Positions 25,307 through 36,312 are shown, counted from the first letter of the stretch. The stretch: 64,000 bases of DNA from Candidatus Flemingiibacterium merdigallinarum (GCA_904386005.1 CAJFKR010000002.1:741-64740), one strand, 5' to 3'. Notes: generated from the sequence alone by a model not told the origin. Program-made: numbers and translations.

Positions 25307-25705
25307 TCAATGAAGCGCTTCGTCCGAGAACGCCGCCGGAAGCAGCTCGGACAGCATATATTCACGCCGTCCTCCGTCGTCGCCTGCGCAGATTACAGCC
25401 ATGTCGCCGAATTCGGACAGCGCCTGACGGCAGATTCCGCAGGGCGTGACCGTGCGGTCGGCGTATACGCAGATGGCTTCGAACTCGCGCTCGCCGGCAG
25501 CGAGCGCGCTGCCGAGCGCGACCCGTTCGGCGCAGCTTCCGGCACCGAACGACGAGTTCTCGAAGTTCGCGCCGATGTAGATTCTGCCGCTTTTCGCGAG
25601 CAGCGCCGCGCCGACTCGGAAACGCGAGTAGGGCGAGTAGGAGTTCTCATGTGCCGACCGGGCGAGCTCGGTCAGTTTGATTATCATTTCTTCGTTTGGT
25701 TTCAT
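25307..25705 (-). CDS. cdd: cytidine deaminase
   Basis: The zinc motifs are CAERVA and PCGICRQ, and the substrate segment is SYSPYSRFRVGAALL. The start is uncertain: ATG 25705 gives a typical ~132 aa, whereas the track ORF starts at 25762. Confidence 0.85.
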   Translation of the reverse strand: MKPNEEMIIKLTELARSAHENSYSPYSRFRVGAALLAKSGRIYIGANFENSSFGAGSCAERVALGSALAAGEREFEAICVYADRTVTPCGICRQALSEFGDMAVICAGDDGGRREYMLSELLPAAFSDEALH

Positions 25706-25782
25706 TTTACAAATCGGGATTTGCCGTCGGCAAATCCCGTCTCCTTTTAATAAATATTTCATTTATGGCTGTGGTGATTGTT

Positions 25783-27600
25783 TCAATCCTCAACCGCGAC
25801 TTTCTTCCGGTACTGCTCGGCTTGCAGGTTGAACATCTGTGCGTACTTGCCGCCGCGCGTTATAAGCTCGTCGTGACTGCCCGATTCGATGATTCTGCCG
25901 CTGTCGAACATATATATCCGGTCGGCGGAGCGCGTCGTCGACAGGCGGTGCGAGATGAATACTATCGCCTTGTCCTTCGCGTAGTCGGAAATCGCTCGGT
26001 TCAGCGCGTACTCGGCAATCGGGTCGAGCGCGCTCGACGGCTCGTCGAGGATTATCAGGTCGGCCTGCTTGTAGAACGCGCGCGCGATCGCGACCTTCTG
26101 CGCCTCGCCGCCCGAAAGCTGCGTACCCTCGTCGTCGAATTCGCGGGTCAGCACTGTGTCGATACCTTTAGGCAGCGCGTTCAGCTTATCCGTGAACGCG
26201 CTCGCGTCGAGTGCCGCGCGGACCTCCGGCTCCATGCTCGCGTCGTAATGCCCGCCGACCACATTCTCGCCAAGCGTCGCCGCGAATATGCGGTAGTCCT
26301 GGAATACCGCCGCGATGCGACCGCGCAGACTGTCGAGCTTGTAAGCGGACAGTGGCTTGCCGTTGTAGCAGATCTCGCCGCCGGTCGGGTCGTAGAGCCG
26401 CATCAGCAGCTTTGTCAGCGTGGTCTTGCCCGCGCCGTTGTAGCCGACTATAGCTATCTTTTCGCCGCGCTTTATCGTCATGTCGATGTCCTCGAGCACG
26501 GTCTTAGCCTTGTCGCCGCTGCCGTATGCGAAGCTTACGCCCTTGATTGTCAGACTTTCGAGCGGCTCGGCGCTGCTGTCGCCGTCGACAATCTCCGGCT
26601 TGCAGTCGAGGAAGGTTATCAGCTTGTCGATAAACAGGCTGTGCGCGTGGTAGTTCATGACGCGGTTGACCAGATCCCCGATCTGCCAAGTCATCTTCCA
26701 GTAGGCGTTCAGCGCGATAGCGAAGCCGCCGAGCAGCACGCTTTGCGCGACCATCACCTGATAGAGCATGAACACGATCATGCCCACCTCGGCTACTATG
26801 TTTACAATATTGATTGTAGAGTAGAATATAATATATCGGTTGGAATATTTGAGTTTAATTTGCTTGCAGCCTTCATAATATTTCTTGTATTTGCCGAGCA
26901 TGATGTCGCCGATATCGGACGTGCGCAGCTCCTTTGCCCAGTCGGGCAGGCGGAATATGCGCATGACATAGCTGCCCTCGCGATTGAGCGGATTCATATC
27001 CTCAGACATTTCCTTGTTGATCCGGTTGCCGTACCGCTGCAAAAAGAACATGATTATCGACACGGCTACTATCACAACCGCCATGACGACGTTGACCGAG
27101 AGGAGCAGCGACACCAGTGTCACCGACGCTATAAGTCGGTTGATGAGCTTGCCGGTGTCCTCCATTGTGCCGATGATGTGCGACAGCGACTGCTCCATCG
27201 ACCAGACGAAATCGTTGTAGAATTCGGGGTCGTCGTACTTCGCGAGGTCGAGCCGCACTGCCTGCCGGAACAGCTCGCTGTTCAGCGCGATACTCAGCCG
27301 CTTCTGTATGCGCGGGTTGTATATCGTCCAGTAGAGTTGGTGGAATATGTTGAACAGCAGCAGGTAGACCGCGTATGCCAGTATGATTTTCGCGGTGTGC
27401 TCGAAGCCGATACCGCTGTCGAGTGAGTTGAACAATAGCTCGATGTAGAGTATTCCTATCGAGTGGTTGAAGCCCCAGACCACGCCCTCGAAAATCATCC
27501 AGAATATGTAACCGGGAGTGTGCCGCCAGACTACCTTGAACATCCACATCATGTTCTTTAGCGTGTTGGTCTTTTGCTTCGGTTTCTGGTTCTGCTTCAT
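25783..27600 (-). CDS. ABC exporter, fused permease/ATPase subunit
   Basis: It has an N-terminal six-helix TMD, Walker A (GYNGAGKTT), the signature LSGGEAQK and Walker B (LIILDEP). It overlaps the upstream paralogue by 4 nt. Confidence 0.9.
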   Translation of the reverse strand: MKQNQKPKQKTNTLKNMMWMFKVVWRHTPGYIFWMIFEGVVWGFNHSIGILYIELLFNSLDSGIGFEHTAKIILAYAVYLLLFNIFHQLYWTIYNPRIQKRLSIALNSELFRQAVRLDLAKYDDPEFYNDFVWSMEQSLSHIIGTMEDTGKLINRLIASVTLVSLLLSVNVVMAVVIVAVSIIMFFLQRYGNRINKEMSEDMNPLNREGSYVMRIFRLPDWAKELRTSDIGDIMLGKYKKYYEGCKQIKLKYSNRYIIFYSTINIVNIVAEVGMIVFMLYQVMVAQSVLLGGFAIALNAYWKMTWQIGDLVNRVMNYHAHSLFIDKLITFLDCKPEIVDGDSSAEPLESLTIKGVSFAYGSGDKAKTVLEDIDMTIKRGEKIAIVGYNGAGKTTLTKLLMRLYDPTGGEICYNGKPLSAYKLDSLRGRIAAVFQDYRIFAATLGENVVGGHYDASMEPEVRAALDASAFTDKLNALPKGIDTVLTREFDDEGTQLSGGEAQKVAIARAFYKQADLIILDEPSSALDPIAEYALNRAISDYAKDKAIVFISHRLSTTRSADRIYMFDSGRIIESGSHDELITRGGKYAQMFNLQAEQYRKKVAVED

Positions 27601-29417
27601 TGTGCCACCTCCGCGCTTTCGACATAGTTTTCAGCCTGATGGCGGAACATCTGCGCGTACTTGCCGTCAAGGCGCATCAGCTCCTCGTGGCTGCCAGACT
27701 CGGCGACGCTGCCGTCCTCGATTAAGTATATCCTATCCGCGGACACCGCCGACGACAGCCGGTGCGAGATGAATATCACACCGCAGTCGCCCGAGGCGCG
27801 CAGCATATTTTCGTACATCTCGTGCTCGGCAATCGGGTCGAGCGCGCTCGACGGCTCGTCCAGAATCACAAACCGGTTGTCTTTCGCGTAGATGCTCGAT
27901 ATCGCGAGCTTCTGCGCCTCGCCGCCCGACAGGTTCTCGCCGTCGTCGGCGAATTCCTTTGTTATCTGCGTGTCAATGCCCCACTCGAAGGTCGACAGCT
28001 TGCCGCCAAAGCCGGCTTTGGCGAGCGCGTCGAGTATCATGTCGTCGCTGTCAGCCGCAGTGCGTGCGCGGCGCAGCACGTTCTCGGCGACCGACAGCGC
28101 GAACACGTGGTAGTCCTGCATGACCGAGCCGAATATATCGCGGTAGGCTTTGAGGGGCAGGTCGCGCACGTCGACGCCGCCGTAGCTGACGCTGCCCGAA
28201 TCGGCGTCGTACAGCCGCAACAGCAGCTTGACGAGCGTAGTCTTGCCCGCGCCGTTGTGACCGACTATCGCCACCTTTTCATGCGGCTTTATGCGCAGAG
28301 AGAGGTTTTTCAGCGTGCAGTTCTCCGCGCCCGAATACTTGAACGAGACGTTGTCAAGCACCAAATCGCCGTCGTCGGGGAGCGGCTTCGCGCCGTCGAC
28401 GATGCGCGGCTGATAATCGAGAAAATCGCGCAGGTTGTCAATGTAGAGCGCGTGGTTGTGGAACTGCAGAGCGTAGTTGCTCGAATTCGACAATATGTAC
28501 GTTATCATATTGAGCGAGTTTAGTATGACAAGGCAGTCGCCGAGCCCCATTGTGCCGACGACGAGCGTTTTCCAGACCGAGTACATAGTCGCGCCGAGAG
28601 TGGTCACGACCTCCTGAATCTCGTTTGTCGCGTAGTCGATAATCGCGAGCTTGACACCATAGCGGCGGATAATTTCGAGTATCTTTTTGCCGCTCTCGAC
28701 AAATCGGTCGAGCATAAACGTCGGCATACCACTAAGGCGCATTTCCTTTGCGTAGTCGGCAAGGTAGAAGGTGCGCAGCGAATAGTCGCTGCGGCGGTTC
28801 TGCACGGTCGACTCCATGTCGCGGTCGTAGTTTAATTTGTTGCGCTTAATATTCAGCGGCAGATTGATAAGCGGTATCAGCGAGAAAATGAGCAGCACCG
28901 GGTCGATGAGTATGACCAGCAGCGTATTCGCCGAAAACGAGATGATGAAGTATACAATCTGCACCAGCGACGACTGTACTTGAAATACACTGTTTAGTCC
29001 GCCGTCGAGCGCTTTCGCGAGCTTGTCATAGAATTCGGGGTTCTCGTAGCAGTCGAGGTCGCACTTCTCGGCGTGCTCGAGCAGCCGTCGATTGACAAGC
29101 TCAGACACCTTCAGCGACGCGATATTGACGTATTTGTAGTTGAAAAACTGCTTTGCGACCCAGAACACGATACGGACAGCCATCCAGATTAAGATGACCG
29201 TGGTGATACGCGAAAAGGTCAAGCCTTCCTCAATGCCGTTTATCGCGTAGCGCAGCAGGTAGGCGTTTGAAATGACACTGATGAGTGATTGCAGTATCGC
29301 GTCAATGATTAAAGCGGCAGTTAAAAACGGCGCGGCTTCGTGTATCAGCTTCAGCGCGAACAGGTTGTTTTCGACCACGCGCTTGACCGAATATTTTTTA
29401 TCGTCCTTTTTTGCCAT
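27597..29417 (-). CDS. ABC exporter, fused permease/ATPase subunit (partner of a heterodimer)
   Basis: It has Walker A (GHNGAGKTT), the signature LSGGEAQK and Walker B (FVILDEP). Confidence 0.9.
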   Translation of the reverse strand: MAKKDDKKYSVKRVVENNLFALKLIHEAAPFLTAALIIDAILQSLISVISNAYLLRYAINGIEEGLTFSRITTVILIWMAVRIVFWVAKQFFNYKYVNIASLKVSELVNRRLLEHAEKCDLDCYENPEFYDKLAKALDGGLNSVFQVQSSLVQIVYFIISFSANTLLVILIDPVLLIFSLIPLINLPLNIKRNKLNYDRDMESTVQNRRSDYSLRTFYLADYAKEMRLSGMPTFMLDRFVESGKKILEIIRRYGVKLAIIDYATNEIQEVVTTLGATMYSVWKTLVVGTMGLGDCLVILNSLNMITYILSNSSNYALQFHNHALYIDNLRDFLDYQPRIVDGAKPLPDDGDLVLDNVSFKYSGAENCTLKNLSLRIKPHEKVAIVGHNGAGKTTLVKLLLRLYDADSGSVSYGGVDVRDLPLKAYRDIFGSVMQDYHVFALSVAENVLRRARTAADSDDMILDALAKAGFGGKLSTFEWGIDTQITKEFADDGENLSGGEAQKLAISSIYAKDNRFVILDEPSSALDPIAEHEMYENMLRASGDCGVIFISHRLSSAVSADRIYLIEDGSVAESGSHEELMRLDGKYAQMFRHQAENYVESAEVAQ

Positions 29418-29654
29418 GGATAAATCCTCCGAGGCTGTGATTTTGTGTGCGGATAGGGATATTTATATGGTGTAGGAAACGCGGAATTTGGTGTATTAGC
29501 TGTATTATGTTATATGGGTTTGGTATGATTGAAAATGTAAACTATCAGCGCTGTCAAATAGATTCACTGTAATGAAAAATTTGCGTTATTAACAGATTCG
29601 CTGAAATAAACCATCTGTGCCATTGAAGGCGCAAAAGAAAGGTCACGCACAATA

Positions 29655-29812
29655 CGGTCGCTGGGGCAGGGGCCCCAGCTATTGGTGTGGTTGAATGAGA
29701 ATAGTACAATCTTCCCCACGAGGCAGAATGTAACGGCAAGCACAAAATATAATAAATCTGCAAAAAGTTTTGAGGGGGTCTGGGGGAACTTTTTCAAAAG
29801 TTCCCCCAGAAT
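29655..29812 (+). repeat. copy a of a ~150-190-nt intergenic element (module X plus hairpin module Y)
   Basis: Module X is ctggggcaggggccccag (29661-29679). Module Y is AATCTGCAAAAAGTTTTGAGGGGGTCTGGGGGA-AC-TTTTTCAAAA-GT-TCCCCCAG (29755-29809). Related copies are at 55403-55585 and 56311-56506. Confidence 0.8.
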
Positions 29813-29819
29813 AATCCAA

Positions 29820-31061
<1,242 letters not shown>

Positions 31062-31086
31062 TTGTTTGTACTCCTTTTGTTTGTTG

Positions 31087-31782
31087 TTAGTTTTTCTGCT
31101 TCGGCTCGCCGCGGCGGCGGATGATTCGCGCCGGATTGCCGACTGCCACGCTGTACGTCGGCAGCGGCTTGACCACGACTGAACCCGACCCTACGACCGA
31201 GCCCTCGCCGATATCGGCTGAATAGAGCACCGTGACGCGCATTCCGAGGTAGCAGTCGCGCCCGATTGTCACCTTGCGCGTGTGACCGCCCTGCTCGCAG
31301 ATATATCTGTCCTTGTCCTCGAAAATATGCGAATAGGGCGTAATCGTGATATTCTGCGCGAGCAGTGAGTGCGAGCCGATTTCGAGTCCGCAGTGACCGA
31401 ACAGCGTCGTGCCCGTGCCGATGTAGACGTTGTCCTCGACGTTGATGTAGCCGTCCGGACGCTCGGTGTCAAGATACACGCGCTCCTGCACGCGCACTCC
31501 GTCGGCGAGCGTGATACCGCCCTCGCCGCGGGCAATCAGTGTCGAGCCGTCGCCGATCGACACGTTGTCGCCGAGCGATATGTACTGCGGGTTCTCGATT
31601 TTCACGTTCGCGCCGATATAGACGTTCTCGCCCATATGCTTGAGCTTTGACTTGTAATATTCGCGCCTGACCCCGGCGGCGTAGTCGGAGCTTTCAGCCA
31701 TGAACACCGTGCGGTAGAAGCTCTCGCGGTCGGGGTGTGACTCGAACGCTTTGGTGAAGAAATCCTCCATGATGTTTTCCAC
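31087..31782 (-). CDS. hexapeptide-repeat (left-handed beta-helix) acyltransferase
   Basis: It has repeated [LIV]G-x4 hexapeptides (IGANVKI, LGDNVSIGDGSTL, IGTGTTL) and a VAVGNPARII tail. Confidence 0.8.
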   Translation of the reverse strand: MENIMEDFFTKAFESHPDRESFYRTVFMAESSDYAAGVRREYYKSKLKHMGENVYIGANVKIENPQYISLGDNVSIGDGSTLIARGEGGITLADGVRVQERVYLDTERPDGYINVEDNVYIGTGTTLFGHCGLEIGSHSLLAQNITITPYSHIFEDKDRYICEQGGHTRKVTIGRDCYLGMRVTVLYSADIGEGSVVGSGSVVVKPLPTYSVAVGNPARIIRRRGEPKQKN

Positions 31783-31901
31783 GTCTCCGGTCGATGCCGG
31801 AGACTTCCTTTCGTTTTGTTATATCCTGTCAGACTAATTCTGTCAGATTAATTCTGTCAGACTATCAGCGACCCGCGGGTCGACGACCGCGCAGTCCGCG
31901 G

Positions 31902-32771
31902 TCAGATGATACCAAGCTCGCGGGCGGCTCGTTCCCAGTATTCCTCGGGCAGGACGGCGCCGTCGAACTTCTCCGACGCCGCAATCCGCCAAGCGAGCGC
32001 GACGCAGCGCGCGGCAAAATCGCGCTCCTCATACATCGAGCGGATGATACATTTTGCCCAGACTCCCGCCTTTTCGATAAGCCCGCTGCGCTCGAACTCG
32101 GCCGCCATTTTGTCCTTGTCGTAGTCGGCGATATAGGTGCGGTAGCGCCAGACTCCGCGCTTCGGCTCGAGCAGCAGAAATTTCGCGCCGGGGCGTCTGT
32201 CCATAGGCAGACCGACCGACGGGCAGAATATGACCCGCTTGTGGTTCGACTCGGCTATTCCGCCGCGGTGGGTATGACCGCAGAGCAGCGCGCTGCCCTT
32301 GACCTCGGAGAGACACTGTTCAATCAGCGCGGGGCGGTTCATGATCCACTCCTTGGTCGCGCGGGGCGACGCGTGGCAGGCTGAAAGCGGCGGCAGCGAG
32401 CTGTCGCCGGTGAGCGCGGCAAAGTCGATATCGATCGATATCGGCATGGACTCGAAGCGGTCGAGGTCGTCCTTTGTCAGATTCTCATAGGTATAGAGCA
32501 GCGAGCCGCTGCTCGACGAGTAACGCCAGCCGTCGGTCGGGTCGCGCCGGTGCGACAGCAGGTAGTCCTCGCGGTTGCCGCGCACGAACCAGCAGGGAAA
32601 GGTCGCGCGGCATTCGTCAATCAGCCGCAGCGTATTCTGCGGGTAGGGGAAATCGGTGAGGTAATCGCCGAGGAAGATCATCCCGTCGGGGTGCAGTCCC
32701 TCGAGCTGGCAGAGCGCGTTTTCAAGCGCCATGTAGTTTGAATGTATGTCCGAAATTATCGCTAAGTACAT
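31902..32771 (-). CDS. metallophosphoesterase
   Basis: The motifs are ISDIHSN, LGDYL, GNRE and GHTH. ATG 32771 is preceded by AAGGAG. The upstream extension in the track ORF is AT-rich non-coding sequence. Confidence 0.8.
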   Translation of the reverse strand: MYLAIISDIHSNYMALENALCQLEGLHPDGMIFLGDYLTDFPYPQNTLRLIDECRATFPCWFVRGNREDYLLSHRRDPTDGWRYSSSSGSLLYTYENLTKDDLDRFESMPISIDIDFAALTGDSSLPPLSACHASPRATKEWIMNRPALIEQCLSEVKGSALLCGHTHRGGIAESNHKRVIFCPSVGLPMDRRPGAKFLLLEPKRGVWRYRTYIADYDKDKMAAEFERSGLIEKAGVWAKCIIRSMYEERDFAARCVALAWRIAASEKFDGAVLPEEYWERAARELGII

Positions 32772-33227
32772 CCATCGGCTCCTTTCGTCGGCAGAAAAAT
32801 CTCTATGCGCCATTTGCTTCATAATAATATTATACGATTTTTTTAATTGTGTGTCAATGGCTTTGCAGGCGATGATTATAATTATTCGACTATTTTGTAT
32901 TGGAGCCGTTGTGCGGAGCGATCGGCGGACAGATAGTCGTATCAACTTGCCACATATAAAACGCGTGCTTTTGCAAGGATAATTGGTATTATATAATATC
33001 ATGGACGATATTAAATGTTTAATAGCATACCTATTATACAAAAAATCGAATATATGTCAATAGCTATTGCGATTTATCTATGCAAATTGAGTGAAATATC
33101 GTTAAATACAGTCAAGGCAATGAGCGTATATTCGAAATAATCGAATATATACGTCGAAAACAGACACACCTTCTGCCGGTCGTTTTTGACGGGCAGAATT
33201 TAATTCTGTAAAATCGCGAGAATTCTA

Positions 33228-33256
33228 TTGACAAGCTAAAATCGGCATGGTATAAT
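33228..33256 (+). promoter_or_regulatory. consensus sigma-A-type promoter (TTGACA, 17 nt, TATAAT)
   Basis: There is an exact TTGACA at 33228-33233 and an exact TATAAT at 33251-33256. The promoter is bracketed by the inverted repeats GAATTCTAT (33220-33228) and ATAGAATTC (33264-33272). Confidence 0.7.
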
Positions 33257-33339
33257 ATGCACGATAGAATTCCCGAATGAGATTTTACGGGAATCCCATT
33301 TGTATAGCAAATTCAATCTCGAAAGGACGGTACATAACC

Positions 33340-34383
33340 ATGTCTAAACTAAGAGTTGCGCAGATTGGCTGCGGCGGAAGAAACGGCGCGCATTTCCAGA
33401 AGCTGTCGAGCTTCGACGACGTCGACATAGTCGGCTTTTGCGACGTGATACTCGAGCGCGCCGAGGCGAGAGCTAAGGCTTACGGCTCGGGCAAGTGCTT
33501 TGTCGACTACAAGGAAATGCTTGACGAGACGAAGCCCGAGGTCGTGTTCATCGCGGTTCCGCCGCACGTACACGGCGAAATCGAGCCTGAAATCATCAAG
33601 AGAGGCATCCACTTCCTCGTTGAGAAGCCGATGGCGCTTGAATATTCTGTAGCCGAGAAGATCTGCGACGAGGCTGAGGCCGCTGGAATTATGACCGCGG
33701 TCGGCTTCCAGGACAGATATCAGAGCATTACCGAGATCATGAAGGATTACATTCAGGGCAAGGAAGTCGGACTTGTCACCGGTTCGTGGATCGGCGGCAT
33801 ACCCGGCGTGCCGTGGTGGAGAACCTTCGAAACCTCCGGCGGTCAGGTCGTTGAGCAGAACATCCACCTGTTCGACCAGCTCCGCTTCATCTTCGGCGAG
33901 CCGGAAAACGTATACTGCGCATCCGGCAAGGGTATTGTCGACCCTGACAAGTATGGAGTTCCCGGATACAATGTGGACGACTACTCGTCCGCGGTAATGA
34001 AGTTCAAATGCGGCATCGTCGCAAACCTGTTTACCGCCTGCTATGTAGTTTCGGGCTCGCACGTAATCAACGGCATCACCGTCTGGGGCAAGGACTTCAC
34101 GGTCGAGTACGCGCTCAGAAGCTGGCTGAAGATATACGACAAGGACGGCTGCCGCACCTACACCCGTTCGAACGACCAGCTCACCATAACCGAGCCGGAC
34201 GGCACCACTACGGTCAAGCCGGACATCGAACAGACCGGTATTCAGGACAGAGCCTTCCTCGACGCCATCAAGACGAAGAATCCGTCGCTGATTCGCTCGA
34301 CCTACCGCGACGCGCTCAAGTCGCTGAAGCTGACTCTCGCGTGCAACGAGTCGGCTGCTACCGGCAAGGTAATCGAGCTGTAA
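33340..34383 (+). CDS. Gfo/Idh/MocA family oxidoreductase
   Basis: The Rossmann N-terminus is LRVAQIGCGGRNGAHF and the EKP motif is FLVEKPMA. The start is ATG 33340. Confidence 0.85.
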   Translation: MSKLRVAQIGCGGRNGAHFQKLSSFDDVDIVGFCDVILERAEARAKAYGSGKCFVDYKEMLDETKPEVVFIAVPPHVHGEIEPEIIKRGIHFLVEKPMALEYSVAEKICDEAEAAGIMTAVGFQDRYQSITEIMKDYIQGKEVGLVTGSWIGGIPGVPWWRTFETSGGQVVEQNIHLFDQLRFIFGEPENVYCASGKGIVDPDKYGVPGYNVDDYSSAVMKFKCGIVANLFTACYVVSGSHVINGITVWGKDFTVEYALRSWLKIYDKDGCRTYTRSNDQLTITEPDGTTTVKPDIEQTGIQDRAFLDAIKTKNPSLIRSTYRDALKSLKLTLACNESAATGKVIEL

Positions 34384-34398
34384 GCGGGGTCATTAAAA

Positions 34399-35190
34399 AT
34401 GCTGAAACTTTCAGCCTGCATTGATATGCTCTACCGCGAGCTCGACTTCTATGACCGCTTTGCGGCGGCAAAGAGGGCGGGACTTGACGCGGTCGAGTTC
34501 TGGGGCTTTCAGGGGCGCGACCTTGCGCGCGTGCGCGAGGAGTGCGACAAAAACGGGCTGACGCTAGCCGCCGTCTGCGTGGGCGGCACAGGCGAGGCTG
34601 CCGACCGCTTCAATTCGCGCAGACTGCTCTATCGCGACGGAATCGACGATTTCGTCGAGGTGACGAAGCAGTCGGCCAAGGCGGCGGAGGTCCTCGGCTG
34701 CAAGACCTTCATCATAACCGTTGGTCAGGAGAGAAACGACGCTACCCGCTATGAGCAGCACGCGAACATCGTGCTCGCCCTGAAGGCGGCGGCTCCGATT
34801 TTCGAGGACGCGGGGCTTACAATGGTAGTCGAGCCGCTGAATGTGCTCTGTAACCATCGCGGCTACTTCCTGCCGTCGTCCTACGAGGCTTTCGAGATTT
34901 TGGAGGAGGTCGGCTCTCCGGCGATAAAGCTGCTGTATGACATCTATCACCAGCAGATTTCCGAGGGCAACCTGATTCCGACGATAGAAAAGAACATCTC
35001 GCTCATCGGTCACTTCCACGTCGCCGACAATCCGGGTCGTCACGAGCCGGGCACCGGCGAAATCAACTATCGGAAAGTATTCGAGGCTATCGACAAGACC
35101 GACTACGACAAGTATGTCGGGCTTGAATATTCGAACACTATCGACACGACCGAGACGATACGCAACACGCTTGAGCTGGCAAGCTTCTGA
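34399..35190 (+). CDS. xylose-isomerase-like TIM-barrel protein (hydroxypyruvate isomerase family-like)
   Basis: Family-typical segments are present: DAVEFW, MVVEPLN, YDIYHQQ, GHFHVADNPGRHEPGTGEINY. Confidence 0.8.
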   Translation: MLKLSACIDMLYRELDFYDRFAAAKRAGLDAVEFWGFQGRDLARVREECDKNGLTLAAVCVGGTGEAADRFNSRRLLYRDGIDDFVEVTKQSAKAAEVLGCKTFIITVGQERNDATRYEQHANIVLALKAAAPIFEDAGLTMVVEPLNVLCNHRGYFLPSSYEAFEILEEVGSPAIKLLYDIYHQQISEGNLIPTIEKNISLIGHFHVADNPGRHEPGTGEINYRKVFEAIDKTDYDKYVGLEYSNTIDTTETIRNTLELASF

Positions 35191-35271
35191 ACGGTAATTT
35201 AGTATAATCAAACAAAGGCAGGCGAGCTGTTCGGGTTCGTCTGCCTGTTTTGTATTCGGGAGGTGAAGCGC

Positions 35272-36312
35272 TTGTCATTTGCTGCTTTTATCATATGTAT
35301 AGTTATCGCCGCAGCGCCGCTGTTTGGCTGCGAGTTCAATACTGCCGAAAAGCTGTGGCTTTATGGCTTGGTCGTCGATTCGTTTGATACCGACGACGGG
35401 CATATCTTCATAATCGAGGGGCAGAATGGAGTGGTCGCCGGCGCGCTGTGTGACAATGAGACGCGGTATGACACTTTCATCAGCAGTATGGGTGTTATCG
35501 GTGTCGACGACATCACGGTCGGCGGCTCATATGTGAACATATACTGGGAGGGCGACAGCTCCGAATATATATATGACGGTGATAAAATCGAGCTGCACGA
35601 CGTATACAATGTCAACCTTGAAATGCGCCGCGAGGACATATTGAGCCTTTCGGACGGAACTACGGTCGAGGTCTGGCTGTGGCGGCGTGAAAAACGCTAT
35701 CAATTGACCGACGGAACCGAGCTTATGCGTGAGGACATATACGAAAGCGACGATGAATCGGTACATATTACATATGGCTATGAGAATCTGATAAGTGAGC
35801 GTGCCGAGAGGGCGATTGACGATTTCTACGATGAGAGGAATAAGGACTTCGACCTTATGGCAGAGCTTGAAGCCGCGCTCGCTGAAGTTAGGGCAGGGAA
35901 AGAGAGCCGCCGTCACGTCTCGCACCGAAAGGAGCTCTCGTCATACAATAACGACGTGATATATCTTTTGTCGTCGTACAAATTGCCGTATGAAGGCGGC
36001 GAACACTATATCGGCAATATGTGCGACGGATTTGACCGAGTGACCGGCGAGCATTTCGGCATGGCTGAAATCTTTGACTGCGACAAGGAGACGCTGATTT
36101 GCACGATGCTCGACAGCATACGCATGACCGACCCCGAGAAGCGAAAGCAATTTATCGATAATTTCGAATATGAGTACATATGGGTGACCGGCGAATATAT
36201 ATACGCGAGATATCCGGACGGAGTGATATCAGAATCCAGTGCTATAATCGCCGCGGATATCGACGATATGCGCCCGCTGATGCACGACTGGGCGGTACCG
36301 AAAAACGAATAA
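35272..36312 (+). CDS. hypothetical lipoprotein
   Basis: The signal peptide has a lipobox (AAAPLFGC). TTG 35272 lies 8 nt after GGGAGG; the track start is GTG 35263. Confidence 0.6.
   Translation: MSFAAFIICIVIAAAPLFGCEFNTAEKLWLYGLVVDSFDTDDGHIFIIEGQNGVVAGALCDNETRYDTFISSMGVIGVDDITVGGSYVNIYWEGDSSEYIYDGDKIELHDVYNVNLEMRREDILSLSDGTTVEVWLWRREKRYQLTDGTELMREDIYESDDESVHITYGYENLISERAERAIDDFYDERNKDFDLMAELEAALAEVRAGKESRRHVSHRKELSSYNNDVIYLLSSYKLPYEGGEHYIGNMCDGFDRVTGEHFGMAEIFDCDKETLICTMLDSIRMTDPEKRKQFIDNFEYEYIWVTGEYIYARYPDGVISESSAIIAADIDDMRPLMHDWAVPKNE

Noticed and set aside
32772-33041. The upstream 90-codon extension of the metallophosphoesterase ORF.
   Set aside because: The extension is AT-rich intergenic sequence with an implausible peptide (IIIIIACKAID...). 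The conserved ISDIHSN motif follows directly after ATG 32771, which has an AAGGAG site upstream.
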